A stretch of 63,820 nucleotides of DNA, taken from positions 12,586,181 to 12,650,000 of the forward strand of contig NC_058384.1 in NCBI RefSeq assembly GCF_018350175.1, written 5' to 3'. The notes below the pieces were generated by a model. It was not told the DNA's origin, made no database searches, and saw only the letters and a list, made by a program, of their open reading frames with translations. This stretch comes from Felis catus (Eukaryota). This document shows, in pieces, positions 47,521 to 59,662 of this stretch (position 1 is the first letter of the stretch; the number at the start of each line of letters is the position of its first letter). The position numbers and the translations under genes are program-made.

Positions 47521-47734
47521 AAAAAAAATTTTTTTTTTAATGTTTATTTTTGAGAGAGAGAGAGAGAGAGAGAGAGAGCAGGGGAGGGGCAGAGTGAGAC
47601 GGAGACACAGAACCTGAATCAGGCTCCAGGCTCTGAGCTGTCAGTACAAAGCCTGACATGGGGCTCGAACCCACAGACCATGAGATGGTGACCTGAAATG
47701 AAGTTGGACACTTAACTGACTTAAGCCACACAGG
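47521..47734 (-). mobile_element. felid CAN-SINE lacking extreme 5' bases
   Basis: TSD tagaacacattccttta (47504-47520) / tagaacgcattccttta (47735-47751). Confidence 0.94.
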
Positions 47735-47989
47735 TAGAACGCATTCCTTTAAGTTCAACACCTGTATGGATCAAAACAAGTAAGCTGTAGTTTTAGGAAG
47801 ATTCCACATAAATTCTGGGCTGCTTATGTTTCGAGAAGTTTGCTCATTGATATTTTGATTTTCAAGCCCAGGGAAGCCACCCTCTGCTATTGCTTAAGAT
47901 GCCACGTGTTAAACCAGACTGTGCTCTGATGCTCCAGGCTTTATATCCAGCTACCTATTGGCCATTTTCATTGGGATCTCCCTTCAGCA

Positions 47990-48300
47990 GCATTTCGAAG
48001 CCTTCTCCTGGCATGATTCTTCTCTCAGTGAATGGTACGATTTTGTGCCCAGATTTCTAAACCAAACCTCAGGAGTCTATCTTAGCCTTTCCCTCTCTGA
48101 TATCAACCTCCAGTTTGTCTATCTTAATTCCTAAATATTTCTAAAATTTGCCCACTCATCTCCATTCCGCTGCCATGACTTTGGATCTGACCAACATGAT
48201 CTCTCGCCTGAACAGCTGAAATAGGTTCCCAACTGGTTTTCCGGTCTCCAGCCCTTCTCTGACCCAGAACTCCAGATGGAAATCGTGCCATTATTTAGTT
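47990..48300 (+). mobile_element. L2 fragment
   Basis: ccaaacctcaggagtctatcttagcc...ccactcatctccattccgctgccatgac. Confidence 0.55.
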
Positions 48301-48574
48301 GTGTTCCTGTTTGGACTCTGCCTTTCCTATAGGGTTCTCTTTAAATATCAATCCCGAGTTTCCTTCTTTCCTTTGTGTATATGTGTTTTATATTGACCAT
48401 ATTCTTGAGTTTTTCCAATTACTGCATCTTAAAGTCTATCCTATTTATTTTTTACCACCTTTTTAAAAAAGGCAGCAAATCAACACCATTCACTCTTTTT
48501 TTTTTTACCCCCGCAGAGACCTCCTTCAGGGAATTTTTGTCTAGCTGTCTGGACTGGTTAGACCTATCACCTGG

Positions 48575-48829
48575 GGCTTTTTAAAATTTATTTGTTTGCT
48601 TTTTTGTTTATTTTTTATTTAAGTTTTTATTTATTTATTTTGAGAGAGACAGTATGCACATGAGTGGGGGAGAGGCAGGGAAAGAGAGAGGGAGTGAGAG
48701 AATCCTAAGCAGGCTCTGTGCTGTCAGTACAGAGCCTGATGTAGGGCTCGATCTCAAGCACCATGAGATCATGACCTGAGTGGAAATCAAGAGGGGGACA
48801 CTCAACCAACCAAGCCACCCAGGTGCCCC
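48575..48829 (-). mobile_element. CAN-SINE
   Basis: Reverse-strand body; TSD ctggggctttt / ctgaggctttt. Confidence 0.93.
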
Positions 48830-49033
48830 TGAGGCTTTTTTTTTTTTTTTGTCTTCCCACATTGGACACACAATTTGCTGGATCCCATGCCTTCCTTGTT
48901 TTTTGGTTTATTCCTGCAAGTGATAGCCTATGAAAGGGTAAATGTGAGTAAATTTTGTAGTCTTTTCCTATCTTAAAATAGGTTTATTCTGTTCATATAT
49001 TGATTGATAGTTTGGTTATAAAATTCTAGGCTG

Positions 49034-49255
49034 GGGGCACCTGGGTGGCTCATTTGGTTAAGTAACTGACTCTCGATTTTGGCTCAGGTCATGATTTCAC
49101 GGTTCTTGAGGTCAAGCCCCACATTGGGCTCTGCTCCGACAGTATGGAGTCTGCTGAGGATTCTCTCTCTCCCTCTCTCTCTGCCCCTACCCCACTCACT
49201 TATACACGGTTGTGTGCTCTCTCTCTCAAAAATAATAAACAAACACTTAAAAAAC
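49034..49255 (+). mobile_element. CAN-SINE
   Basis: TSD attctaggctg at 49023-49033 and 49256-49266. Confidence 0.94.
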
Positions 49256-49268
49256 ATTCTAGGCTGAA

Positions 49269-49985
49269 TTACTCACTATAGCCAAGGCTTGGAGACAATC
49301 TAAAGTGTTTGTCAATGGATGAATGGATAAAGAAAATGTGCACATACACACAATGGAAAATTATTCATCCACGAAAAAAAAAAGGAAATTCTGCCTTTTG
49401 TGACAACATGGGTGGGCCTGAGGGATTTTGCTAAATGAATAAGTCAGACGGGGAAAGACAAATACTTCATGTCCTTCCTTACATGTGGAAGTTAAAAAAT
49501 GCTGAACTCATAGAAACAGAATAGTGGCTTCCAGGAACCAAAAGTGGGAGAAATAGAGAAATGTTGATCAAAAGGTACAAACTTCCAGCTCTAAGATTAA
49601 TAAGTTCTGGGGGTCTAAAGTACAGCATGGGGACTTTGATTAACAGTACTGTATTACATGCTTGAAAGTTGTTAAGAGAGTAGATCTTTTTTTTTTATAT
49701 ATATATGAAATTTATTGACAAATTGGTTTCCATACAACACCCAGTGCTCATCCCAAAAGGTGCCCTCCTCAATACCCATCACCCACCCTCTCCTCCCTCC
49801 CACCCCCCATCAACCCTCAGTTTGTTCTCAGTTTTTAACAGTCAAGAGAGTAGATCTTAAATGTTATCACCACACGCACACAAAAGGAGGCTATGTGAAG
49901 GGATGGAGGTGTTAATTAACCTTTACTCTGGTAATCGTTTTGCAATATATCTGTATCAAGTCATGAAAAACATAAATAAAATAAA
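49269..49985 (+). mobile_element. L1MA9/L1_Carn-type L1 3' fragment with A-rich tail
   Basis: ORF2-end motifs (aatggatgaatggataaagaaaatgtg, aaggaaattctgccttttgtgacaacatgg) and 3' UTR (aaaggtacaaacttccag, gaaagttgttaagagagtagatcttaaatgt); flanked by taaaattctaggctgaa copies. Confidence 0.88.
49689..49843 (-). mobile_element. very short young felid L1 3' end nested in older L1
   Basis: aaattggtttccatacaacacccagtgctcatccca...caaccctcagtttgttctcagttttt; perfect 15-bp TSD aagagagtagatctt at 49674-49688 and 49844-49858. Confidence 0.95.
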
Positions 49986-50123
49986 TAAAATTCTAGGCTG
50001 AACGAAAGTTCTAGGCCTTGAACTTGAAGATATTGTTCTCTCTCATATGGTTTTACTGACAAGAAGTCTGCTCTTCTCCCTGGAGACTTCCCCCTCCTAC
50101 CCCCCTCCCCCCCCACCGCCCCA

Positions 50124-50216
50124 CAGCTTTATTGAGATATAATTAACATACAACATTGTATAAGTTGAAGGTATACACAGTGTTGATTTGACACACATAT
50201 ATATTGCAAAATGATT
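50124..50216 (-). mobile_element. L1M 3' terminal fragment
   Basis: cagctttattgagatataattaacatacaacattgtataagttgaaggtatacac. Confidence 0.8.
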
Positions 50217-51025
50217 GCCTGGAGGCATTTATGGTCTGCTTTTTTTCATTTTTTACTATTTTCAAGGATTTTCCTAAATGTGCTTCTTTTCTCATCTACA
50301 TTACTTGGCATTGGGTGGAACCATCCATTTTGAATTTCCCTTCCAGTTTGAAAAATAAGTTTTATTTCTCTGATTATTTCTTCTTTCCCTCTATTTATTC
50401 TCTCATATCAAAACTCTTATTACTTGATGTTCGATCTTCGGGATTTGTCTCTTAGGTCTCTTATCTTTTCCCATGTTTTCCATTTCTTTTCCTTTTTACT
50501 CCAGGAGTAAAGGAAGATCCAGGCAACAAACCAGCCTATGTCTTTCTATTCTTCTAGTGAAGTTTTATTCTGGAAATTTGATTTCTAACTCAACTTGATA
50601 CACTCTTACATCATATGTCAATGAAACTAGAGGCCCTGTTACAACCCTGGATTCTTCCAAAATGCTCCCACTGTGCCTTTTCTACTTGGCTCTCTCGGGC
50701 TCTCTTGGCTTTCTCTCCAACTCATAGTCCTGTTTTTCACCTTTGCTTTTGGCACGGGGTGTTCCAGAACAATATTTTGTAAGCTGCTATGAGACATCTC
50801 TTTAGACCTCAAAGGGGCTTTAGACCTCATGTGGACTTCCATAAGCACTGCTACTCTCAGGCTCAGCTTATTGTCAGCTGACCACAGCCTGGAAGAATCC
50901 CCTGTATTATCACTGCTACCGTTGCGTGTGTGTGTGTATGTGTGTGTGTTAAAGGGACTCCTCTTATAGACTGAAGAACCCTCTTGTAATCAAATCACCT
51001 CTCCTAACTTTTCTTTTTGCCATAG

Positions 51026-51226
51026 ATAACAAAATGTCTCAAATCGGGCTCGGTCGAAACGATGGGGTACTTCTATTACGTAAGGTGCGAACGGTAAGAA
51101 AAAGTAACAGAAAATTTCATGGCCACTTTCTTTCTGACCCCAGTTAACAATGGATGGTTTACAGAAGAGGCAGTTGTTCATGATGCCAAAACCCTGCCGG
51201 AGCAGGATACTGTCTCTGAGCACAAG
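51026..51226 (+). other. candidate exon (strong acceptor; alternative ends 51079, 51093 or 51226)
   Basis: Branch-like ctcctaac, acceptor ttttctttttgccatag; donors TAC|GTAAGG, ACG|GTAAGA, AAG|GTTGGG. Confidence 0.3.
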
Positions 51227-51489
51227 GTTGGGTGGCTTGTTTTTTAATTCCGGGCTGGGTTAAAGCAATTAGAATGAAACTGATGATATTGGCTGCACTG
51301 AGAGAAAAGGGCTGCCTTTTGTGTTGTAGACATACCTTGTGGAAGTGAAAACAGATTCAGGGAAGTCTAGCCAGAGGTTAGACTATCCTAGTTTTGCGTG
51401 GTCCCACCTCTCTACCTCTCCATATCCTCCTATACTGTAGGCTGTCCAAATTAACCTCCCTTCTCTTTGCCATTTCAAAGCATTAGCAT

Positions 51490-52200
51490 TAGAGCATGGT
51501 GGTTAAGAGCCTGAGCTCCAAAGCCAAGCAACTGTGGATTTGAATCCTCGCTCCATCGCTTCGTGACCTTGATTCCACTTAGCGGCCTGCTCTGTCACTG
51601 TGACATTCGAAAGGTGGCTGTGCCCATCATGGTCCATTCTCCACCCTCCCCACCTGTTCTCTTCCCTAGTAGTCTGCCCTCTGTGGATTTATCCACAGGA
51701 TCCCTCGATCCGGGCTTCCGGCTGGTTTTCACTACATGGAAGCCTGAGGGGATATCTACGCCCCGTTTCCCTGGATTTTCCTCAGGCCAGCTGCTTCCCT
51801 CTACAAAGGGGTGCCCTGTCAGGTGGTCCTCCCCACTTAGCTCTCTTTCTGGCTTCTGGTAATCACTGCCTCCTACCCCAGGTTTGGGGGTGGCAAGGGC
51901 CCCAACACGACTTGCATCGGGGCGCTATGTGATCCCTTACGAATGCCTTCTACCCTGCCTATACTTTGGCAGACAGTGTTTTTATTAAAACCTCCTCCAA
52001 TGAACCTATTTTTGAGGGCTCCATCTGTTTGCTGCCAAAGCCACAAACATATCTGAGACTCAGTTTATTTGTATGTAAAATCAGTATAGGAATCTTTTTT
52101 GCTCCATGGATTTGCTGTGAGGATTGAATGAGGCACTAGACCTTAAGTCAGGTGTCACGCGTCATACACAGAAAGCTTTTGATAAGTTTTAGCAATTACT
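51490..52200 (+). mobile_element. MIR split by an LTR insertion
   Basis: MIR head agagcatggtggttaagagcctgagctcc...gtgaccttg resumes at tctgagactcagtttatttgtatgtaaaat. Confidence 0.7.
51583..52045 (+). mobile_element. ancient ERVL-class solo LTR (LTR33/LTR41-like)
   Basis: 3' end ttattaaaacctcctcc...ttgagggctccatctgtttgctgcc resembles this LTR group. Confidence 0.6.
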
Positions 52201-52238
52201 ATTAGTTGTAGCAATATCATTCATCTTAAAATAAGATA

Positions 52239-52388
52239 GGGGCACTTGGGTGGCTCGTTGGTTGGGCATCTGATTCTTGATTTCGGCTCAGGTCATGATC
52301 CCAGGGGGGTGGGATAGAGCCCTGTGCTGAGCACGGAGCCTGTTTGGGACTCTTTCTCCCTCTGTCTCCACCCTCCCCTGTTCTCTCT

Positions 52389-52432
<44 letters not shown>

Positions 52433-52455
52433 TAGATAAATAAATAAATAAACAC
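52239..52455 (+). mobile_element. CAN-SINE
   Basis: Head ggggcacttgggtggctc, long (CT)n, (AAAT)n tail. Confidence 0.92.
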
Positions 52456-54520
52456 TTCCAAGTTCTGTCTTTCTAATACTTACGGATATTGGTTTTTTCC
52501 TACATTATCCTGTTGTAAGAAATGTGTATTTCCCACTTTCCTTTCTCTTCTCTCTCATGTTTTGTCCCTTTAGCCAACTAATTAGTTTCTTAAGAGATAA
52601 CTACTAGGTAATGCGAAAGGATCATTTGTTAAATAAACAGGCCGAAAGAGATTATGGTTATCAACAGAGGCACAAGTTCCTATTGCTAAGCGACAGCTAT
52701 GGACAAACAAGTAAAAATAAAAATGAGTTCCTACTGAGGGCAGGTACCCTGAAACCTGCTTGCAGGTTTCAGCTCATAGCTTAGTGAGTGAGTTAATCTA
52801 TTCTCCATACGTGGAGTTAAGAACAGAAAATCTCTCTACAAATAGAAGAAATCCAACCCTGCTTAGAATGGTGAAGCTCTGGCAAAAGTTAGCAGGACGA
52901 ACTGGTTGACCTTCGCTTTCCTAATCTTCAGTTCTGTGATTGATTGACAGAAAGAGAGAGAGCAACAGAGAAGCTTCCCAGGAGCAGGCTTAGTCACTAG
53001 TACCTAATACCATCAAGTTTTAGTCTTTGTTCATCCAAATGCAGAGCATTGCTTTGTACAAGGAAGAGTTGAAAAACATCTCGGGAACAGATGTAAGAAA
53101 GCACTCTTTTCTTTTTAGCAAAAATGTGGTTACTGTAGGCCACCATTGTCAGAACAGAGGACACCATGCTGACTAACAGAAACCAGATGCTCTGGTAAAG
53201 GAAGCCATGGATAAATATGAATTATTTTCAGCTGAATGACCTTCAATTATCTCCCTGAATGTGGAGCCCTGGTTTTCTGCCATAATCTTCCTTTGGGTAC
53301 CTGGAGAAGAGAACAACAAAAGAGCTCCATTATAGAGTGATTTACGGAGGACATGTACAAGGGTCATCTACGGCGTATGAGGAAGGCAAGGAGAAAGAAC
53401 CAGAAAGCGAGAGTAAGAGCGTGTGCGAGAGCCTGAGAATTAACTCAAGGTCAAAAATGAAAGCACAAGAAATATAGTTTTGGGGGTAGAGTCCTGGCTA
53501 GGAACCAGGAGTCCCGGGTTCCAGTCCTCATTTTGGTACTGACTCATTGAAACACATGGGACCCATTCAAAATATATTTACAGTGAATGAAATCTCTTAG
53601 CCTCATTCTTCCACCACTGCAAAATAGGGTTAGTCTCTGTAGATATCCTAATCTGGGGATGCTATGAGATGGGATAGTAAGATGAGCCACTTTCCTCTCT
53701 AAACCTAGTGTTCTCTCCTTTATCTCCTGTACCGTCCTAGGCCCGTTGTTAAACATCTCGAAGATGCCAAGACTGAACAGTCATTCTCCTTCCCACTAAC
53801 TGCAACTTGTTCTGCACCGGCTTCCCTTTACCAACCCCCTTTTTTCATCTCATTATTATTTTTATAACTAGTACACCTTTTTAAAGAAGGGGAGGGGTGG
53901 TGTGGTGGCAGGGATTTTTTTCATAGTAAGAAAAGTGTTCATTGAAAATAAAACCTTTGAGGGAAGATTCACTTGTAAGACTCCATCTCTCTTTCATTGG
54001 ATTTCGCTAAATTGTTCTCGACGGTTGCGACACCCACAAGAACATCGCTACCTACATTGCTTATGGAGCTCCAAGTTCTCACTGACAAAGTTAAATTCAT
54101 CCTATTTTTTTTTTCTTGGCTCTCCTCAGTTCTGTCTCTCTGTCTCTTTCCTGCCACTTAAAGACAATTTCTCTCTCTCTCTTTTTAAATCTATTTCTGT
54201 TAACAGATCCACTGTTTTTCCAGAAGTCTGGTTTAGTAGAGCCTCCTCCTTTCCCTAATTAAGTTTACTGATTCTGGTTCAACAACCATCAAGAAATCAG
54301 AAATTTATTTTTGGGTCCTTGACTGAGGCCCAAGACTAAGAGGAGCTCTGGGATGAATAACGAAGACCAGATCCCATCCAATTTCACCTTCTCAACAACA
54401 ATCTCTCCATCAGTGTTCTCCTCTGACTCCTGGATAGTAATTCTCCCTGCCCCCCTTCATGGATACTTCCTAAAAGCTACGAACATGCCATTATTTCTTC
54501 CATCTTAAAAACTACCCCCT

Positions 54521-54741
54521 CGGGGCACCTGGGTGGCTCAGTCGGTTGAGCGTCCGACTTCCGCTCAGGTCATCATCTCGCAGTTCTTGAGTTCGAGCCC
54601 CGCGTCGGGCTCTGTGCTGATGGCTTGGAGCCTGAGGCCTGCTTGGGATTCTGTGTCTCCCCCTCTCTCTGCCCTTTCCCCACTCATGCTCTGTCTCTCT
54701 CTATCTCTCAAAAATGAATAAAATGTTAAAAAAATTAAAAA
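54521..54741 (+). mobile_element. felid CAN-SINE
   Basis: 14-bp TSD aaaaactaccccct at 54507-54520 and 54742-54755. Confidence 0.96.
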
Positions 54742-54798
54742 AAAAACTACCCCCTTACACAGTAAGACAAAAACAAAACCACCCCAAACAGAAATAAC

Positions 54799-55193
54799 TG
54801 TATGGGTTTCCTAGAGTCACCACAACACAATGCCACCGACTGGGTGGTTGAAACAACAGAAAAATACTTCTCACAGTTCTGGAGTCTAGACGTCCGAGAT
54901 CAAGGAGTCGGCAGGTCTTGTTTCTCCTGAGGTCTGTCTCCTTGGCTTGCAGATGGCTTCCTCCTCCCTGCGGTCCTCACATGTGCCCATATCCCTGCTG
55001 TCTCTGTGTGTCTTTCTCTCTTCTTCTTATAAGGGCGCTACTCATGTTGGATTAGGGACCATACTAACAGCCTCATTTTAACTTAATTCCCTCTTTAAGG
55101 GCCTTATTTCCAAGTATAGTCATTTTCTGAGATCCTGGGGATTAGGACTCCAGTATACACATTTTGGGGAAACAAAAAATTCAGGCTATAACA
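54799..55193 (-). mobile_element. MLT1B-like MaLR solo LTR
   Basis: tgtatgggtttcctag...ttctcacagttctggagtctag...ggccttatttccaagtatagtc...aattcaggctataaca. Confidence 0.87.
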
Positions 55194-55399
55194 CAAACCA
55201 CCACCAACAGAATAACGAAGACCAGATCCCATCCAATTTCACCTTCTCAACAACAATCTCTCCATCAATGCTCTCCTCTGACTCCTAGATAATAATTCTC
55301 CCCACCCCCCTTCGTGGATACTTCCCAAAAGCTACAAACATGCTATTATTTCTTCCATCTTGAAAACTACCCCCTCGGGGCACCTTCAGACCACCAGCA

Positions 55400-56840
55400 G
55401 AACACCTTCTTTTTACCCCACTTCTCTCTCTTACTATCACCTCATTTTCTGTTCCCCTGTCTGAAAGAACTTCTTGAGAAAGTTGTATACGCTTGCTGTC
55501 TCCAGCTTTCTCTTCCCACTCCCTCTTAACTCACTCCACTCAGCTTTTTGCTTTCACCAAAGCTACTCTAGGCAGGGCCCCTAACAACCTTGATGAAAAT
55601 CCAGTGGTCTTTCTCAGTGTTCATTTTCCCTGCTAGAGCACCAGCCTCTGACACAGTTGAGTGACACTCGTCCTTGATATCCTCTACTCACTTGGCTTCC
55701 AGAACACGGCACTATCTTGGTTTTCCTCCTGCCCTCTTGGTTATGCTGTCTTGGTCTCTTTTCCCGATTCCTCCTCTTCTTCCAGAACTATTAGTGTTGT
55801 AACCTCCCGGATTCTCCTCCCTATTGACATTCGTTCCCTTGGTGAACTTACTCAGTTTCATAATTTTAAACACCACCAAGACCCTAGACTCCCAAATTTA
55901 TATCTCCAGCCTTCACTACTGAATTTCGAATGCTCATGTATCATTTCCATATGTACATAATATGTACAAAATCGAATTCCTAATCACCCTCCCCAAACCT
56001 GCCCCATCTGTTATCTTTTCACCTCAGTTTTTTGGCAGCTCTTTTTAGTGGCTCAGATGAACAATATTGAAAAATTCTTGACTCATCTCTCCTTCCATAT
56101 TTTACTCACCATGAAATCCTGTTGGCTCTACTATCAAAACGTATTTAGAATCAAATCACTTCTCACTACCTCTGCTATCACTAGTCTGTGCCAAGACATG
56201 ATCTTCCCTTACGTGGATTACTGTCATTGCCCCCTGAATGGTCTCCCTGAGTCCACAGTTGACTCCCTAAAGTCTATTCTCAGTAAAGCAGCCAGAGTGA
56301 TGCCTTGAAAATGCAAGTCTGATCTTGTCAAATCCTAGAGCTAGAATCCTGCAATGGCTTCACACGTCATTCATTGGAAAAGCCAGTCTTTGTGACGGCC
56401 CAATGACCCTTCACTATCTGCCCTGTCTCCCATATTTGATCTCATCTTTCAGGATTTCCCCCTCACTTGCTGTTCCAGTCACATTGGTCTCACCTTTTGT
56501 GGCACACAACGAGAACATTCCTGCCTCAAGGCCTCTGAGCTAGCAGTTTCATCTGGATCATTCTTCTCCCAGATACCCACATGGATAACTCACTCTTCTC
56601 CCTCAAGCTTTGCTCAAATTATAGCTTTTCAATCAGGCCTGCCCTGACCACCTTTTTAAGATTGTAAGTTTCCTCAAACCCATCTCCCACCCTTGTGATC
56701 CCTCTGGCTCTATTCTATTTTTTACTCTATTTGATCTATGAATCTATTCATTAGAACCTATCACCTTGTGATGTACTATATAATTTGCTCAATTATTATG
56801 TTTAATGTCTTCATCTACTATAATGTCAGCTCCAGAAGGG
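55400..56840 (+). mobile_element. long L2 LINE fragment
   Basis: cttgagaaagttgtatacgcttgctgtctccag...cactcacttggcttccagaacac...aaagcagccagagtgatgc...cctgcctcaaggcctctg. Confidence 0.8.
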
Positions 56841-58460
56841 TAGCAGTTTCCTTTTAAATCTGTTCATAGAGATATTTCCTTTTCTGGTATGTTTTAGCTT
56901 TGACTTCAAATTAGATATCATGCTTTAAGCTATTTGATAATGTATGTAAATTACTGAAGGTTTCAAATTACTATTTATTCATGTGTGCATTCATTGGTTC
57001 ATGTATTTTTTTTTGATGCAGAAATACACATTCTGTTTATAGCCCTTATCTTTGCATTCGTACTTATTTTTTTCATACAGTTGTGAAAGTTCGAATGGAA
57101 ATGCTTAAAGAATAGAATGTGTTTTGACTCTTCTGGCAATCAGTAGTACTAAAAACCAAACATCTTGGATGATCCAGGATGGTCCTATTTTCAAACATCC
57201 TCTCCTCGTGTAAGAACAAATTTTGACTTCAGATATTATGGTTGGTGTGGCATACATTTCCTATGCTTTTGTCCTTTCTTGTTCTTAGGTGCTTGGGATT
57301 CTGTGTGAGAAGAGGAAAGGTTTTATATCACAAGAGAACAAATATAGTAATTAGTTCTACTGGCATACATTCTTTTTGGTAGTATTATCTTTCCATTTGG
57401 AGAAAAGTAACTGAGAATTGACTAACTGACCAGCATTTATTGAGCAGCTGCTCTGTGCCGTTACAAGAGCTTATATTAGAAAGACCTTGAGGGAAGGGAT
57501 AGAGATGCATTCATCTTTGCAATAACTTTCTCCAGTCCAACATGGCCAAGTTTAATCTACTCGTTAAGAAATGTATGAACCCTTTGCTACGTACCGGTCA
57601 GAGTGCTAGATGCTGAGTAATTGATGATGGTTATGTTTGGTATCTGATTTCAGGAGCTTGCAATAAAGAAGGAGAAACATACCAAGAAGAAAAATTGATA
57701 CAATATAGTGTGACAGGTTCTGTGTCGGGCATTTCTTCAGGATGAAATAGAAGCACCTAGAATGGTTAGCTCAAGTATCATTGTTTTTTGGAAGCTTTTC
57801 CTAGGTCTTAAGGAGGGTTGGTAGGAACTCGATTTGTGTTTAACAAAGCCATTGCTATGAAAAGTTAACCACAACACAAGGCCAAATATAGTAAAATGGC
57901 CAGTGAATGGGAGAGGTAGTGAGTGCTGAAGGAATTTGCAGGGATGGGTGGTTTATACGGACTGGGACTGAATGCCCAGACCCAGTCCAACTGAGGATCC
58001 CCCAAATTTCATTAAGATGAAATCTTTGGTCCGACGTCCTGTAAGTACGGACTCACAGGTCAGTTTACGCTGATGAACATTCTGGTACCCACTTTGGAGT
58101 TAAAACAAGGATAGCTGAGTGGATTAATTTTGGGGTGTGTCACATTCTGATCCCCTGAACAGAGATTCTATTGACATCCTGTGCAGCTATGCTCTGAACT
58201 TTCCCTTGCTACTCTTTGTGGGACCTTGGGAAATAAATCCTAAATGAGTGTGACAATTAAGTCTGTAAGATGATCTGCCTACGCTTATTAAAAGGTAGTG
58301 AAGTCTCTCTAACCAAAGAGGAGTTCTTTACATCTGGGAAGGAGAGAGTTGGATTCTATTCTGCGTCATCTATCATAAGCTTCTAGCTGCGGTCCAACAG
58401 TTGAATATTTATTACAAGCAATGAGGGAAGAGGCAAGAGGAGGCCAGTTTGATTTTCCAG

Positions 58461-58585
58461 ATCTAAAGCTGTGTTTTGAGCCGCCACTTGAAAAAATGCT
58501 TTGACTTAAACACTGAGCCAACTTGATTTGGAACTGTCACCACCAAGAGAGAAAATGTCTGGAATCCTCGCGGTGTCATTTCTGG
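58461..58585 (+). other. candidate exon containing ATG of a hydrophobic N-terminus (MSGILAVSFL)
   Basis: Acceptor tttgattttccag; ATG 58555 with A at -3; donor TGG|GTAAGC. Confidence 0.22.
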
Positions 58586-59459
58586 GTAAGCCTGTCTTTT
58601 ATGACTTGTTGTGCATTACTAAGGAGAGACAAGTGAATCCCGTGTAGGGCTGGGGACTACATGAAACCATTAGTGCTGTCGTAGCAGGCAGAAACAAGAC
58701 CACCAGGCAGCACAGAAGACCACCCAACACAAAACATGAGCTCCCATTAGCCACATCATCCAGATTATACGCTCTTGACATTTGCATTTCAGAATGTTGA
58801 GCCACCAAGCGTGCTCTCGGATAATTATTGCTTTGTGATGATATTTAGCAACTCTCACAATGTGGACCACCAATTCTGGTTTGGGTTTCTTCTTTTTATT
58901 AGCACCATCTGAGAATGTCTGTGGTAGAGACATTGGTGAATTTTGTCTGTCCTGTGGCCAAAGGAATGAAAGGAAAAGCAACTTAGTTTGTTAATATGGA
59001 ATAGTTCAGCGACAAAAAGCCCATGACACATGTCTGAAAAAGACTTCATTGAGGGCTTTTTAACTTTTTTTTCCCCTTCAAATAAAGCATAGCAGAATGT
59101 TTACTATTGCTTCTTAAAGTATGCTCTGTGTGCAAAGATCCTTGTACTAATTTCAGAGCTTTGGTGGGATCTTTTACCCAACCAAGTTTTCTGGTCACTA
59201 TTTTTACTTGAGGCAGACCCAGCTGTTTCTTAGTTTAAAAAAAAAAAAAAAACAACAACACAAACTGAAACAAAATAAAACACTTTTTTCCCCCCTAGAG
59301 GAAGTCAATATGGTTGTCCAAGATATGTTATTTCTTTTACTTTTTTATAAAGGAAAAGTCGGTCCAATTTCTCTTCTTTTCTCCCTCTCTGCTTAGACTA
59401 TTCCATGCCTTTGTTTAATTTTATTCCATCCCTTATACTAAGTGTCTTGGTCAGATTTT

Positions 59460-59662
59460 TTTTTAATGTTTATTTATTTTTGAGAAAGAAAGAGAGTGTG
59501 AACAGGGGAAGAGCAGAGAGAAAGGGAGACACAGAATCTAAAGCAGGCTCCAGGCTCTGAGCTGTCACCACAGAGCCCAACACAGGGCTCGAACTCACGG
59601 ACCATGAGATCATGACCTGAGCCAAGTCAGATGCTTAACTGACTGAGCCACCCAGGTGCCCC
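59460..59662 (-). mobile_element. felid CAN-SINE
   Basis: 21-bp TSD taagtgtcttg(g/a)tcagatttt at 59439-59459 and 59663-59683. Confidence 0.96.

Larger units (their letters stand above)
48850..50600 (-). mobile_element. ancient L1M fragment hosting several later insertions
   Basis: gatagtttggttataaaattctaggctg...ttgaagatattgttctc...gacaagaagtctg resembles old antisense L1M; boundaries approximate. Confidence 0.5.
54355..55385 (+). repeat. 176-bp direct duplication (54355-54530 and 55210-55385)
   Basis: Ungapped alignment with 11 mismatches by hand count, all transitions. Confidence 0.95.

Noticed and set aside
53020-53367. Hydrophobic minus-strand peptides resembling a GPCR segment
   Set aside because: Short, interrupted by stops, with no family-diagnostic motif
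57955-58040. Minus-strand peptide ILMKFGGSSVG resembling the aspartokinase KFGGSSV motif
   Set aside because: Seven-residue match followed by a stop about 11 codons later; mammals lack aspartokinase; chance
58599-59049. Three overlapping hydrophobic minus-strand ORFs suggesting a V1R/TAS2R pseudogene
   Set aside because: No receptor motifs recognised, and the frames do not join into a 7-TM pattern
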